Below, piece after piece: positions 10,291-21,536 of a stretch of 43,365 bases of DNA. The DNA is taken from NCBI GenBank assembly GCA_965644315.1, contig CBFFRQ010000145.1:1-43365 (forward strand). The letters are read 5' to 3'. The first letter of the stretch is position 1. Every line of letters starts with the position of its first letter. The translations under genes and the position numbers were made by a program. Source of the DNA: Caecitellus pseudoparvulus. Its lineage: Eukaryota; Protista; Bigyra: Bicosoecida. The notes under the pieces were generated by a model. It worked only from the letters and a program-made list of their open reading frames with translations, made no database searches and was not told the origin of the DNA.

Positions 10291-12521
10291 ATGGACTCCG
10301 GGCGCGCGTCAGGCCAAGGAGCAGGCGGAGGCGGCCGTCATCGCCCAGCGCCAGACGTGCGTGGAGCAGTGCTGGCCTTCGCAGCACAGCACCCTGACAG
10401 CAGGCTGGACATCGAAGGTCTGTGCAATGTGCTTTGTGGCGTCTTCTCCATGAAGCTTCGAGCGTGGAGGCGCCAGGCGCTGTTTGGGACGTGAGTGTTG
10501 CGCGGAGCGGGAGGGTGTGCGGAAATTGCTTCGCTCATTCTTGTCCCTTCGCGCACAGACTATCTGGCGTGCCACGGCACGAAGTGAAAGCCAAGGTGCT
10601 GGAAATGATTCGTCTGAATCACGTCTCCATGGGCCCCAGCGGCATGGAGCTGGCCAGCAGGCGGCCGGGTGCGCAGGGACTGCAGCCGACTCCGCCAAGC
10701 CAGGGCCATCGCGCAGGGACAGGTCTCCACACGTTGCAGAGGCAGGCGCCACATGGCGGAGCCAAGAGGCCCCGGCAGCCAGTAGCCGTAGCTCCAATCA
10801 AGGCTGCGTCTGCACAAAGTGCAAGCCAGGTGGCGGCCATTTCCTCAGCGCTCCTCCGCGCCTGCGAGGTGCCTGCGGCTCAAGCGCCGAGTGTGGATCG
10901 TGGGGGGGTGTCCATGTCTCCAGAGCAAGCACAAGTGTGGGACTTGGTGACCAGCGGTAGCTCTGTCTTTTTCACGGGGTCTGCTGGGACGGGCAAGTCG
11001 TTCCTGTTGCGCCACTGCGTGGAGGCGCTGCGGGATAAGTACGGCGCACCGGAAGCTGTGCACGTGACGGCTGCGACGGGCATCGCAGCGTGCGCGCTGG
11101 GTGGGACGACGTTTCATTCGTTCGCAGGCATCGGGCTGGGGAAGGGCCCTGTGCGGGCGTTGGTGCGGAAGGTGACGGAGTCCCCCGCGAGCGTGGCGCG
11201 GTGGCGCAGCGCGCGCTGCCTGATCATAGACGAAGTGTCCATGCTGGACGGACGCCTGCTGGAGAAGGCAGAGGAAGTGGCCAGGGCAGTGCGGGGCAGT
11301 TCAGCTCCCTTTGGCGGCCTGCAAGTGGTGCTGACAGGGGACTTCTTCCAACTGCCCCCCGTCGGGCTGCAGAGCGGTGCGGCTGGGGCGGCGGGGGGGG
11401 GTGGACCCATCTTTGCGTTCCAGGCGGCGTGCTGGGAGGACATGGTTCCCCACAAAGTGGTCCTGCGCACGGTGTACCGCCAAAGCGACCCAGCTCTTCT
11501 GCGCGTCCTGAACGCGGTGAGGGTGGGCCACGTGGACGCTGCAGTCATGCGCACGCTCTCACGAGCAGGGGCAGACGTGAAGCGGGGCGTGGGAGGCCTC
11601 ACCCCCACTCGACTGTTTGCGAGGAATCGTGACGTGGACCGCATCAATGCTGAGCAGCTGCGGAAGTGCGAGGGCGAGGTGGTTCGGTACGAAGCCCAGG
11701 ACACGGGGGACGAGCGGCACATGCGGGCGCTTGCCGCCAACAGCTCCGCCCCCACACTGCTGGAGCTCAAGCCTGGGGCCCAAGTCATCTTGCTGAAGAA
11801 CCTTGACGCGTCAGCAGGGCTGGTGAATGGGGCCCGCGGGGTGGTGGTGGACTTTGTCACGAACGAGGAGGGGGGCTGGCCGACCCGCCTCCCAAGGGTG
11901 CGCTTTGCACCCCCTGGGGCAGGACCAGGGGACGAAGAACGCAGCGTCATGTCCACAGTGCAGGTGGGCAGCTGGAACATCGAGCAGGGCGGGCACCCGG
12001 TGGCTGTACGGACGCAGGTGCCGTTGAAACTGGCCTACGCGCTGAGCATCCACAAGGCTCAGGGCATGACCATTGACTTCCTGGATGTCGCTGTGGATGG
12101 AGTGTTTGAGTTTGGGCAGGCCTACGTGGCCCTGAGCCGTGGTGTGTCCCTCCCCCGCATGCGAGTGTCAGGCTTTTCTCAGGCCAGCGTGAAGGTACAT
12201 CCAGAGGTGCTGGCGTTCTACTCAACGCTGGTGACTGCATCTCCAGCAGCAGAAGCAGTTGACGGCCAAGTGGTGGACTTGGTCGATTCGCCTGACGAGC
12301 AGGAGGTGCTGGTAGGCAGCTCGCCCGCGGCAAGCGAGGGCCACGCTTCCCAGCGCCGACCGCGTGCCTTTGCTGCCCCCCGCACACTCTCTTCGCCGAG
12401 AGCAGATCCAGAGGAGGAGCCCCTGGCTTGCGCAAGTGGGAGTGGCGTGAAAGCCCCCGGGCTGGCGGCAGAAGTGCGGCAGGTGTTGGAGGGGCTCACA
12501 GTGGACGATCTCTTTGGCTGA
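10291..12521 (+). CDS. PIF1: Pif1-family 5'-3' DNA helicase
   Basis: FFTGSAGTGKS, IIDEVSM, GDFFQLPPV, YRQSD, LVNGARG, PLKLAYALSIHKAQGMT, FEFGQAYVALSR. Probable intron 10491-10558 (GTGAGT...CAG). Confidence 0.92.
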
Positions 12522-12918
12522 AGCTGCCCTGGCCAGCGTGGCTGCCGCACTGGGCCGCAGGGGCAAAACACGCTGTTTCTCAATTCAAAAGGGATTAGTC
12601 GAGATGTGTCTGGAAGTTTGCTCTTGTGCCTCTCGGTGCTCGTGTGCGCTGAGAGAATGGCCCAGCGGCACGAGAGCCACATCATGAGCAACGCAAGTCG
12701 GTCAAGCACGCAGGGCAGGCAGGCAGCTCAACCTGTGCCAACGGAAATGGACGGAAAACACAGAGAGTGGTGTTCGGCAGATGCCACTCGCATTCGAGTG
12801 CTGTCTTTTTGCTCGCCAAGGCAGGTGCTGCGATGCAGGTGAGTGGACATGGAGAACTGATTTCCGCAGGTTGCTTCTGCAATTCCACGTGCACATGGCG
12901 TAGGCGCCTGAGTCGAGA

Positions 12919-15300
12919 GTGGAGCAGCAGCGCCACATCATGGGAAGTGTGGAAGCCATTCATAGCTTCTCGCCTGTCACGACGGGTGAAAGCGGGTCCC
13001 ATTCTGGCAGATGCACTGCTGTACGTTGCGGCGTCTCGGCTGGCTCGTGCTCGACGCCCACGTTTCCACGTCACTGCCGCACACGCAGGCCTGGCTCATG
13101 GCCAGCAGTGTACAGCGCCTGCCAACGGGGGCCAACCAGTGTGAACGAGGCTCTTGCGACTTCTGTTGGCCTGTCCATCCCTGGGGCGTCTGCGACAGGC
13201 GAGTCGTTGACCGTCGTGCACTCGTCAGGAAGGGAAGGCGACCGCGCGTGCACCAGTGACTTTGCCTTGCCAGGCTTCGGAGTGGCGCTGCAGCCTGGGA
13301 AGCGCAAGGCTTCCAGGGTTGGCTTGGCAGCTCTTTGTGCCTGCGCACCGTACATCGGGGCGGTGGTGCAGCCTGCAGAGCTGGCCAGCCCCCACGTGCC
13401 GGTGCACCGCAGTCAAGCTGCAGCCACGCCCTGCTCAACTCGGCAGGCCTCTGTGGCGGTGGACACTGACCACGTTTCTTGCTTGCTGATGCCGCGCCTG
13501 ACGAGTTACTTCGAAGTCACCATCGGCAACGTGGGGGGCAGAGGGCAAGGAGAGGAGGGAGAGGAGCCGTGGATGCCGCCTGACGTGGCAGCCATGGGCT
13601 CATGCGTTGCGGTGGGCCTCAGCACGGCTCGCTTCCCTCTGCTGGGGCGCATGCCTGGTTGGGACGCAGCGAGCTATGGCTGGCACTCTGACGACGGCAA
13701 GCGCTTCCACCGCACAGGTGTGGGCATGCGTTTCGGCCCTGCCTTCGGCGCTGGGGACACGGTCGGCTGCGGCGTGGACTTCTCCAGCACGGTGCCAGCC
13801 AGCGAGCACCGAGTGGATGCCCCCCACCTCCGAGCGGGCCGCATTTTCTACACCCTCAACGGGGCCTTTGTGGGATACGCTTTCACCGGGGTGGACGTTC
13901 GGGCGCCGCTGTGGCCGGCCGTCGGAGTGGACAGCCCACACCCGCTCACCTTCAACTTTGGCGCCTTGCCGGGTGAGGGTTGCCACGCGACGCCCCGCCC
14001 TTTCATGTTCGACGTGCGGGCCTTTGAGTGGCACCTGTGGCGCAGGCTGGCCCGTCACAGGCGCCGGCTGACGGGGTCGTGGGTACCGCTCACCTGCCAC
14101 GCTGTGGCAAGCGCTGCCAGCACGCCGCCGCACAGCAGCCCCGGCGTCTGCGCCCAGGAGGAGGATCACACAGTTGCCGGCTTTGACGCCACCCGTGTCT
14201 GTGCTGCAGCTGCCGTGCGCACCAGCCTGAAGTGGTCTCGGCGCCTGGCGTCTGCGCTGCGGCATCGTTTCAGGCGCAAAGCTGCCAGCGTGAGTCGGAG
14301 TGCCCATGGCCGCCATGCTGCCTTGCTGGCTGCTTCAACGCATGTGGCAGTTGACCAGCGAGTTTCAGCACTGCACGGGACGGCGTGGGCGCTGGCTGAC
14401 GCCGAGCCTGTGTCTGTGGGAGACGTATTGCTGTCGTGGATGTTGCGGCGGCTGCGGGCACAGCGCGCGCCTGCAGTGGAGCACCCCCCTGCCACCGCAG
14501 TTGCCGAGGAAGCCTCGACTGTGGATGCGGCGTCAGCAGGTCCAGTCGACTACGACAGTGACTATGGCGAGGTTGGGCCTGCCGTGGTGAGTCGGCCGTT
14601 GGCAGGGGAGGTGGCGGACCCGGTGGCCGATGTGTTGGAGGCGATACTGCCAGCTGTCGTGCTGCACCCGAGCCTTCTGGAGTCCGCCCCAGCCCAGCGA
14701 CACCAAGACGCGGCGCCTCCATCTCGCCACGACCAAGCGCTGTCTGCGATGGCGGCAGCCCACTACACGAGTTGGGGAGCGGGTGCCCTGTCCCTGCTCA
14801 TGAGCAGCCGTGGACGAGACACGCCGGCCGCGGCAGCCTGGTTGAGGTCCAGGGAAGGGGCTGGCTTCCTGTCTCCAGGAGGCGGCGCCGCCCACGCGAA
14901 GTCGCCCTCGGGGGATGACTGGGAGACCGGCAGCACCTGGAGTGAGGACTCGCAGTGCCTGCAGCTGCTGGACGGCGGCGCGGTGGCCATCGACAGCGAC
15001 GAGGAGACTGGGCACGCCGACCTGGAGCCCCACGCCACCCCTGTCGCGGCCCACGCCCAGCACGACTCTCCGTGGCCCAGGACAGGGACTGTTGCGCTCC
15101 CACCACAGCTGGGCCTGGGCCACCTCGTGGCGCCAGCGCCAGGCGGAGGTGCGGCGCCGCTTCGCCGCCACTTCTCCCGCCGCCCTCTGCCCCCTGACCT
15201 GCACGCGCGCGCCAGCATGTCAGTGTCCACCAGTGCAGACATGCAGTCGATATTCTCTCAGGGCGTGCGCCCGCCAGGCACCTTGCCCCCCGCGGTGTAA
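12919..15300 (+). CDS. SPRY-domain protein (RanBP9/10-type SPRY) with a low-complexity C-terminus; 5' exon(s) uncertain
   Basis: YFEVTI...VAVGLS..FPL.GRMPGWD..SYGWHSDDG...FGPAFGAGDTVGCGVDF...IFYTLNG...LWPAVG is a typical SPRY signature. Confidence 0.8.
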   Translation: MEQQRHIMGSVEAIHSFSPVTTGESGSHSGRCTAVRCGVSAGSCSTPTFPRHCRTRRPGSWPAVYSACQRGPTSVNEALATSVGLSIPGASATGESLTVVHSSGREGDRACTSDFALPGFGVALQPGKRKASRVGLAALCACAPYIGAVVQPAELASPHVPVHRSQAAATPCSTRQASVAVDTDHVSCLLMPRLTSYFEVTIGNVGGRGQGEEGEEPWMPPDVAAMGSCVAVGLSTARFPLLGRMPGWDAASYGWHSDDGKRFHRTGVGMRFGPAFGAGDTVGCGVDFSSTVPASEHRVDAPHLRAGRIFYTLNGAFVGYAFTGVDVRAPLWPAVGVDSPHPLTFNFGALPGEGCHATPRPFMFDVRAFEWHLWRRLARHRRRLTGSWVPLTCHAVASAASTPPHSSPGVCAQEEDHTVAGFDATRVCAAAAVRTSLKWSRRLASALRHRFRRKAASVSRSAHGRHAALLAASTHVAVDQRVSALHGTAWALADAEPVSVGDVLLSWMLRRLRAQRAPAVEHPPATAVAEEASTVDAASAGPVDYDSDYGEVGPAVVSRPLAGEVADPVADVLEAILPAVVLHPSLLESAPAQRHQDAAPPSRHDQALSAMAAAHYTSWGAGALSLLMSSRGRDTPAAAAWLRSREGAGFLSPGGGAAHAKSPSGDDWETGSTWSEDSQCLQLLDGGAVAIDSDEETGHADLEPHATPVAAHAQHDSPWPRTGTVALPPQLGLGHLVAPAPGGGAAPLRRHFSRRPLPPDLHARASMSVSTSADMQSIFSQGVRPPGTLPPAV

Positions 15301-15418
15301 GTCGGGCTTGTATAATGGGTGCCGCCTTGCCCCCCGCGGTGTAAGTCGGGCTTGTATAATGGGTGCCGCCTTGCCCCCCGCGGTGGAAGTCGGGCGCACA
15401 CAAGGGGGCACCGCCTTG
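15281..15418. repeat. 44-bp minisatellite, two exact copies plus one degenerate copy, spanning the SPRY gene stop codon
   Basis: Unit CCTTGCCCCCCGCGGTGTAAGTCGGGCTTGTATAATGGGTGCCG at 15281 and 15325; diverged copy from 15369. Confidence 0.9.
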
Positions 15419-15565
15419 CGTGCAGCTGAGGGGCAGCGCCACAAACCATGTGCCCGGGAAGGAACGTGAGTTGGACCGATAGGCCTTCACATTGTTCGGC
15501 CCCCAAGCGCCTTCCTTTCCCTGTGTGTGTCGTGATCCTGCCGCGTGTGAAGGGCTGAAGCAGCC

Positions 15566-16722
15566 ATGGCATCTGGCGCAGAGGACGGCGAGGCAGCCGG
15601 CAAAGCCAGCTCCATCATGCCCTTGGACGCCTCGAAGGCTGATCAGCCGGTGGTCCTGTTCAAAGTCCCCGTGAGCAGCCGAGCTGTGTGCCTGGCCAGG
15701 CCACGTGCAAGCCTGCACTTGCCAGGAGCGCTGTCTGCACGCCACAGGAGGTGCTGCGAGATCTCCTTACCCAGCCGACGGAGCAAGGTGCGTGTGTGAG
15801 CGTGCGGGGGCATTCACTGGAACAACTGCAAGCAAGTGCCACACATGCGGGTCACAGAAATTAGCCTTGGCTCGCTGGAAGTGACGACTGTCGGGGGGCG
15901 CAAGAGGGTGAGCTGCGGAAACTGCACGCGCTACCCAACACCCAGCAGACTGCCAGCCGCACCCCCACCACAGGGCAACATCGTGCTGCACGAAGCTTGT
16001 GTTGCAGAGGATGCGAAAGCCTTCACGCCCTTGCGATACTCTGTGTCGTACATGCCCCCGCAAGGGCACCGGGTGCTGGAGCTCACAGACACGTCTGGTG
16101 CGTGCTGCCGTGTTGCCAGGCGCCCTCTCTGTCGCAGTGCACGGCGCCTGCGGTCTGCTGCGCAGCGCTAGCGATCGGCCTGGCCACTGAGAACGCCACA
16201 CTCATCCCCGATGCCAAGGACCCGAGGTACTCCCAGTATTTGAAGCGCCGGCGGACACAGGCCAGCAGCCAGGAGCAGACTAAGCACCGCACGCGGCAAC
16301 TTTTGGCCAAGGACCGGCGAGCAGTGGACGAGGCCGTGCTGTCCCAGCCCATTGGAGCCATGTCTTCTGCAGCACAGCGCGTGAACGCTGCCCACATGCA
16401 CTCCCTGGCCCCTGGCGTAAACTCCGAAGAGCTGGCGGCACGGAGGGAGTCCGCTGCTGTGCTGGACCTGTTTGAGGTGCAGGCGTACTGGCGGGTGGCG
16501 GTGGCGATGGAGTTCTTGCCCGTTGGCATGAACGAAAAGACCGTCAAAGAGACCATGGCCCAGCATGGCACGTACCACACCTCTGGCAAGTACCGTGGCT
16601 GCTACTCTCTCAGGGAGGAGTTCCAGAGCGTCAAGGCGAAAGCTGTCCTGCAGGCCACTGCAGAGGCCGACGCAGCTCTGGAAGCTGCTGCCGCGGCAGA
16701 AGGCACCGCATCTGGGCGTTGA
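15566..16722 (+). CDS. GTF2F2: Transcription initiation factor TFIIF beta subunit (RAP30), multi-exon
   Basis: N-terminal LDASKADQPVVLFKVP matches the RAP30 LD.S.A...VWLVKVP pattern. The C-terminal winged helix reads LDLFE..AYW...P..VKETM...Y...GKYRGCYSLREEF. Exon boundaries are not fully resolved. Confidence 0.72.
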
Positions 16723-17023
16723 AGGGCCCCTTCACACCCATTTATCGTACGTTGCTCTCTTCGGAGGCCTGCAGGCGTTTGTGCCTTGGCATGGCGCATG
16801 CGGAATTTGACCAGCACTTGCGTGTGCCTGTGGATCCGGGCAATATCACACAGGCGTCACATTGAAAGCACCACGAGAATGCACTGCATGTTAGACATCG
16901 TGGATGTACCACAGGTGAGTACTGGAGCAGTCCGACGCTGGCCCTGCTGCGCAGCGTGTGCACTTCCGCCTCCCTCTCCAACGGGCGCGCAGGCGTGCAC
17001 CGATTCAAGCAACGGAAGGCAAC

Positions 17024-18003
17024 ATGGTGAGTCGCAGCCTCGGCAAGAGTGCTGGCACGACAAGGCCAAACAACTGTGCACCTCCTCTCCCGTGCAGGCT
17101 GCCGGGGTTCCCGAGCACCAATTCAAGATGGTCCTGGTGGGGGATGGTGGCGTTGGCAAGACCACGTACATCAAGCGCTTCGAGACTGGGGAGTTCGAGA
17201 AGAAATACGTCGCCACTGTGGGTGCTGAAGTGCACGTGTTGGACCTGAACACCACCAAGGGCCAGGTCCGGTACAATGTCTGGGACACTGCCGGCCAGGA
17301 GAAGCTGACTGTGCTGAAGGACGGGTACTTGTAAGTGCCGCAAAACCGCGTGGCAGGAACACCCGCGTGCCGCCGCGCAGACGGTCGCGGCAAGCTGCTC
17401 TCTTGGCGTGCAGAGGCAGGGCCTGTGCTCACTGCAGTGTGTGGCCGGTGCTTGGGCTGCCGTGCGGCGTCTTGGTGCTGCTTGCCGCTGGTGTGCGCGA
17501 CGCTGGCGTTTCGCTGGTGTGCCGCGCTTCAAACTCTGACCACCGTGCTGCACCCTTCTCGCCCCAACCCCCCGCGCAGCATCAACACTGACTGCGCCAT
17601 CATCATGTTCGACGTGACGAGCCGCACCACACACAACAGCGTGCCGAACTGGTACCGCGACTTGCACCGCGTGTGCGAGGACATCCCCATGGTGCTGGTG
17701 GGCAACAAGGTGGACGCCAAGGACCGCAAGGTCAAGGCCAAGCAGGTCTTCTTCCACCGCAAGAAGAACATGCCCTACTTCGAGATCTCCGCCAAGAGCA
17801 ACTACAACTTCGACAAGCCCTTCCTCTGCCTCACCCGCAACATGTTCAACGACCAGACCGTGAACTTCACCGCCGCCATGGCCGTGGCTCCTCCGGATCC
17901 CAGCGCCTTCATGTCTGCCGAGACCAAGGCTGCCCTGGAGGCTGAGATGGCGCAGGCTCGCACCATGGCTGCTCCGATGGGCGACGACGACGATGACTTG
18001 TGA
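17024..18003 (+). CDS. RAN: Ran GTPase (divergent); exons 17024-17026, 17098-17330, 17580-18003
   Basis: [47 protein letters not shown] and an acidic DDDDDL tail. Introns GTGAGT..CAG and GTAAGT..CAG. Confidence 0.93.
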
Positions 18004-18355
18004 GCCGGGTGCTTGCTACGCCAGGCCTTGCAAGCCGTCTTGTCATGTCTCAATGCACACTCCTACCCGAAACAGTGTCTGGCGTTGTGCTGGTGCTCTT
18101 TTTGCCGCGCAGGGCGCAGTTTGGAGCAGGCGGGGAAGTGTAAAAAGGCACGTGCGCCGACCATTTGCCGATCAAGCGCCAACTGCCAGTCGCTCGCAAA
18201 GCCAGCGTTGCGTTGATTCACAGAAAGTATGAACCAGCACATCCGAATACGTTTGTAGTTGAGTTTGTCTGTGCGGGCACCTGCCTCGATCCGCGCTGCA
18301 TAGTGCAGTCTGGCACGTCCCTTGTCTACGTGCTTGAGCAAGCGTTTTCCGCAGC

Positions 18356-21304
18356 ATGGACCCCGCCGAAGTGCCTGGCGTGCTGCAGAAGCTGGCCTTG
18401 CACAACAAAGCACTGTCCGAGCAGGTGACGCAGCTGTCACAACTGGTGCAGCAGCTGAGCGCGGAACTCAACGATGCCAAGGCCAGCCAGCAGGCAGTCG
18501 TGGATGCAGTGGCTTCCGAGCAGCAAACCATCCGCCAGCGGCTGCTGGAGCAAGGCATGAGCGCCGACGAAGTGAAGGCGACAAAGTTCCTGTTCAACTT
18601 CGTGGAGCTCAAGAACTTGAACGAGAGCCACTTCCAAGCAGTGCAGGACTGGATCACCACAGGCACAGTCAAAGGCGTCCACGCGCCGATGAACCCCGAG
18701 TCTGTGCGCCTCTCCTCAGCGTCGGTCCCGGGACGCGGCCTGCTCCACGCAGCAGCAGCTGGCAAGGGACCGGAGGAGATGCGGTGCAGACTGCTGCGCC
18801 TCCTGGTGCAGGACGGTGCCATCCCAGTTGACAGCGTGGACTTGCTGGGGCGCACAGCACTGCACTTTGCAGCCCACGCACACGCCGCAGAGGTGGTGCG
18901 GTGTCTCCTGCACGAGCTGGGCGCAAATCCTTCCGCCGTAGATGCGCGAGGCACCTCGCCGCTCATGTACGCAAAGACCAAGGTGCCGTCCAGTGCGAGC
19001 GAGGCGAAGGTCAAGGCGCAGCTGGACACCGTGCTGTTGCTGAGCCAGGCGAGCGAGGTCGTGCTGCACTCAACGCAGTCAAGCATGCCCTGCACGCCCC
19101 CACGCAATGCTGCTACGGCGATCGGTGATGCAGCACATGCCTCCTCGCCCCTACCATTTGCTAGCCCCCTGCAGCATTTTCACGGCGTGAAAAGCAGAGC
19201 CGCAGCGGCAGCTAGCCCCCTCCCACCCTGGCGCAGGCGAAGCTCCAGGGAAGCCAGCCCTCTGAAGCAGCCCAGCATCAATCGTGTCGAGTCACATGTC
19301 GTCATCCTTGCCGTTGACGCTGACAGCGCGTGGACCAAGCCGGCTTCCGAGCGCGCAGCGCCCAAGGTGTACACGAGGTGTCTGCCCCTCATCGTGCAGT
19401 CCCGCCACAAGAGCGAGGTGCGCTTCGAAACCATCAAGGCCACTGCACCCCAAGGCATGACTGTCGCGGCGAGTTTTGGCCCTGTCCCGGGGTCATGCCC
19501 CATGACCCAGCGCAAGTGTGCGCGGACTTTGGTTCGTGCATGGCGGCAACTGCACATGCGAGCGGCAAACTCTGGCACTTGTTTGGCAGACTGCAGCAGT
19601 GTGCGGGACAGCTGTCCGCAGCGACAGGGGACAGGGTTCTGCGAGTGGAGCGCCATGCGTGCTGGCGCGATGGTGGTGGGAGGGGAAGCCGGCGAGCTTG
19701 CACCTCCGTTGACGCCAGACAACGCCCCGCCCCTCTTTACACCACTCCTCCCACAGCTGACATGGGCAGAGCTTCTGCCCCCCATCACGAAGAAGCTCGC
19801 AAAGGCAGACTTCAAAGCGAAGAGGGATGCGGTGTCTGCAGGCAGCCTGGGCAGCGAGCTAGAAGTTGATGTGGTGGACACAGGCAGCCCCAGTCCACCG
19901 CCACGTCGCAAAGTGCAGGGGCTGGCGAGGAAGAAGAGGGCGCTGCCTGAACAAGGCAGAGCAACCCCCGAAGGTGAGGAAAGCAGTGGTGGCGGTGCTG
20001 CTGATGGGGGAGGGCGCGGCGGGGCTGGAGAGGGTGTGGAAGATGGGGAGAGTGGAGATGTGATTGAGGAGGGCGTGGAAGGTGGGGAGGGTGGTGGTGA
20101 GGCTGGAGAGGAAGGTGGTGAGAGTGGAGATGAGGCACTTGAGGGTGTGGAAGGTGGTGAAAGCGGTGATGGGGCAGAGGAGGTTGTTGAGGGTGGTGAG
20201 TGCGGTGATGGCGCTAAGGAGGGTGGGGAAGGTTGGGAGAGCTCTGCTGGTGCAGATGAGGGCGTGGAAGGTGGGGAGAGCGCTGCTGGGGCAGATGAGG
20301 GCATGGATGGTTGTGGGAGCGGCGGTGGGACTGGAGAGGGTGTGGAAGGTGGGGAGAGTGGTGATGAGACTGGAGAGGGTGTGGAAGGTGGGGAGGCTGG
20401 GGATGGGGCAGAGGAGGGCGTGGAAGGTGGTGATAGTGGAGATGTGGCAGAGGAGGGCGTGGAAGGTGGGGAGAGTGGTGATGAGACTGGAGAGGGTGTG
20501 GAAGGTGGGGAGGCTGGGGATGAGACTGGAGAGGGTGTGGAAGGCGGGGAGGGTGGTGATGTGGCAGAGGAGGGTGCGGAAGGTGGTGATAGTGGTGTTG
20601 GGACTGAGGAGGGCGTGGAAGGTTGGGAGAGCGCTGCTGGGGCAGATGATGGCGTGGATGGTTGGGATGTAGAAGGCGCCGATAGCGCTGTCCCTTCGAG
20701 CCACATGGCTGATGTCTCCGAACCAGTTGCGCAGGAGCTGGCTCGACTCGAGGGAGGAAGTCCAGTGCCAGCAAGTGCCACTTCCAGGGTCGACTTTTCT
20801 ACTGAGCAGAGAAGGATAGTGGCCGGGTCTGTAGAGACCAAGCCGGCGGCGCTCGCGGGAGAGCAGGGTGGACCCTCTCCTGCCGCCTCCGCAAGCCCGC
20901 CCGCTGATGGATCGTCGCCTGAAACAGTTAGGGAGACATTCAGCCAACCTGCCTCTCAAGCTATGCCGAGTGCAGGGGACTTGTGGGGCAGCGGAGCACA
21001 GGCTGGCGTTGACACTCAAGGCAAGCTTTCGGCTGCAAGCTTTTTTGACAGCGTTCCCACAGACCCGCGACTGCCCTCAGAACAAGAAGGCTTTCCCAGC
21101 TCTGCCTGGTCTCAGTTCGACGATGCTGGTTGGGATGGGCCGCAGGGAGGGTGGGGAGATGATGACATGCAGTTCCCAAGCACTGACGTGGCCGCTAGCC
21201 AGCCAGCCGTTGGAGGGAAGCCGGCTGAGCACGCCCAGGGTCAGGCGGCGGCCATCTTTGCAAATGCCCCAAAGCCAGTCCTTAGCGCGAAGAAGGCGGA
21301 CTGA
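18356..21304 (+). CDS. Ankyrin-repeat protein with an N-terminal coiled coil and an acidic Gly/Glu repeat region
   Basis: GRGLLHAAA, GRTALHFAAH and GTSPLMYA ankyrin motifs in a 982-aa ORF, which may include in-frame introns. Confidence 0.75.
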   Translation: MDPAEVPGVLQKLALHNKALSEQVTQLSQLVQQLSAELNDAKASQQAVVDAVASEQQTIRQRLLEQGMSADEVKATKFLFNFVELKNLNESHFQAVQDWITTGTVKGVHAPMNPESVRLSSASVPGRGLLHAAAAGKGPEEMRCRLLRLLVQDGAIPVDSVDLLGRTALHFAAHAHAAEVVRCLLHELGANPSAVDARGTSPLMYAKTKVPSSASEAKVKAQLDTVLLLSQASEVVLHSTQSSMPCTPPRNAATAIGDAAHASSPLPFASPLQHFHGVKSRAAAAASPLPPWRRRSSREASPLKQPSINRVESHVVILAVDADSAWTKPASERAAPKVYTRCLPLIVQSRHKSEVRFETIKATAPQGMTVAASFGPVPGSCPMTQRKCARTLVRAWRQLHMRAANSGTCLADCSSVRDSCPQRQGTGFCEWSAMRAGAMVVGGEAGELAPPLTPDNAPPLFTPLLPQLTWAELLPPITKKLAKADFKAKRDAVSAGSLGSELEVDVVDTGSPSPPPRRKVQGLARKKRALPEQGRATPEGEESSGGGAADGGGRGGAGEGVEDGESGDVIEEGVEGGEGGGEAGEEGGESGDEALEGVEGGESGDGAEEVVEGGECGDGAKEGGEGWESSAGADEGVEGGESAAGADEGMDGCGSGGGTGEGVEGGESGDETGEGVEGGEAGDGAEEGVEGGDSGDVAEEGVEGGESGDETGEGVEGGEAGDETGEGVEGGEGGDVAEEGAEGGDSGVGTEEGVEGWESAAGADDGVDGWDVEGADSAVPSSHMADVSEPVAQELARLEGGSPVPASATSRVDFSTEQRRIVAGSVETKPAALAGEQGGPSPAASASPPADGSSPETVRETFSQPASQAMPSAGDLWGSGAQAGVDTQGKLSAASFFDSVPTDPRLPSEQEGFPSSAWSQFDDAGWDGPQGGWGDDDMQFPSTDVAASQPAVGGKPAEHAQGQAAAIFANAPKPVLSAKKAD
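20026..20680 (+). repeat. Coding 39-bp (13-aa) minisatellite, EGVEGGESGDETG-like
   Basis: Repeated GAGGG(T/C)GTGGAAGGTGGGGAG units about every 39 nt. Confidence 0.85.
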
Positions 21305-21536
21305 GGGAGTTAATGGCTGGAGTTGTTAGATTGTCCCGTTCAGAGGAGAGTTCACAGCAGTATGCACAGGGCTTGTCAACCTGCAATGCAGTCCTCGCAC
21401 TGCAATTGACTGGAGACCAAGGGGAAGCAAAAAACAACCCCTCAATAACCCCTCCAGCTAGTACCTGTCCCTTTTGCTTTGCAACCGCGAAGCTGCAATC
21501 CAGAGACGAAGTAGTCTGACGCACCCCAGCACCAGC

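Noticed and set aside
10291-12521. Pif1 as a Helitron or as part of the telomeric system
   Set aside because: There is no HUH Rep domain or Helitron terminus. It is an intron-containing host-type gene 16 kb from the array, and proximity alone is not evidence.
15281-15418. CRISPR-like array
   Set aside because: The units are head-to-tail with no unique spacers, there are no cas genes, and the context is eukaryotic.
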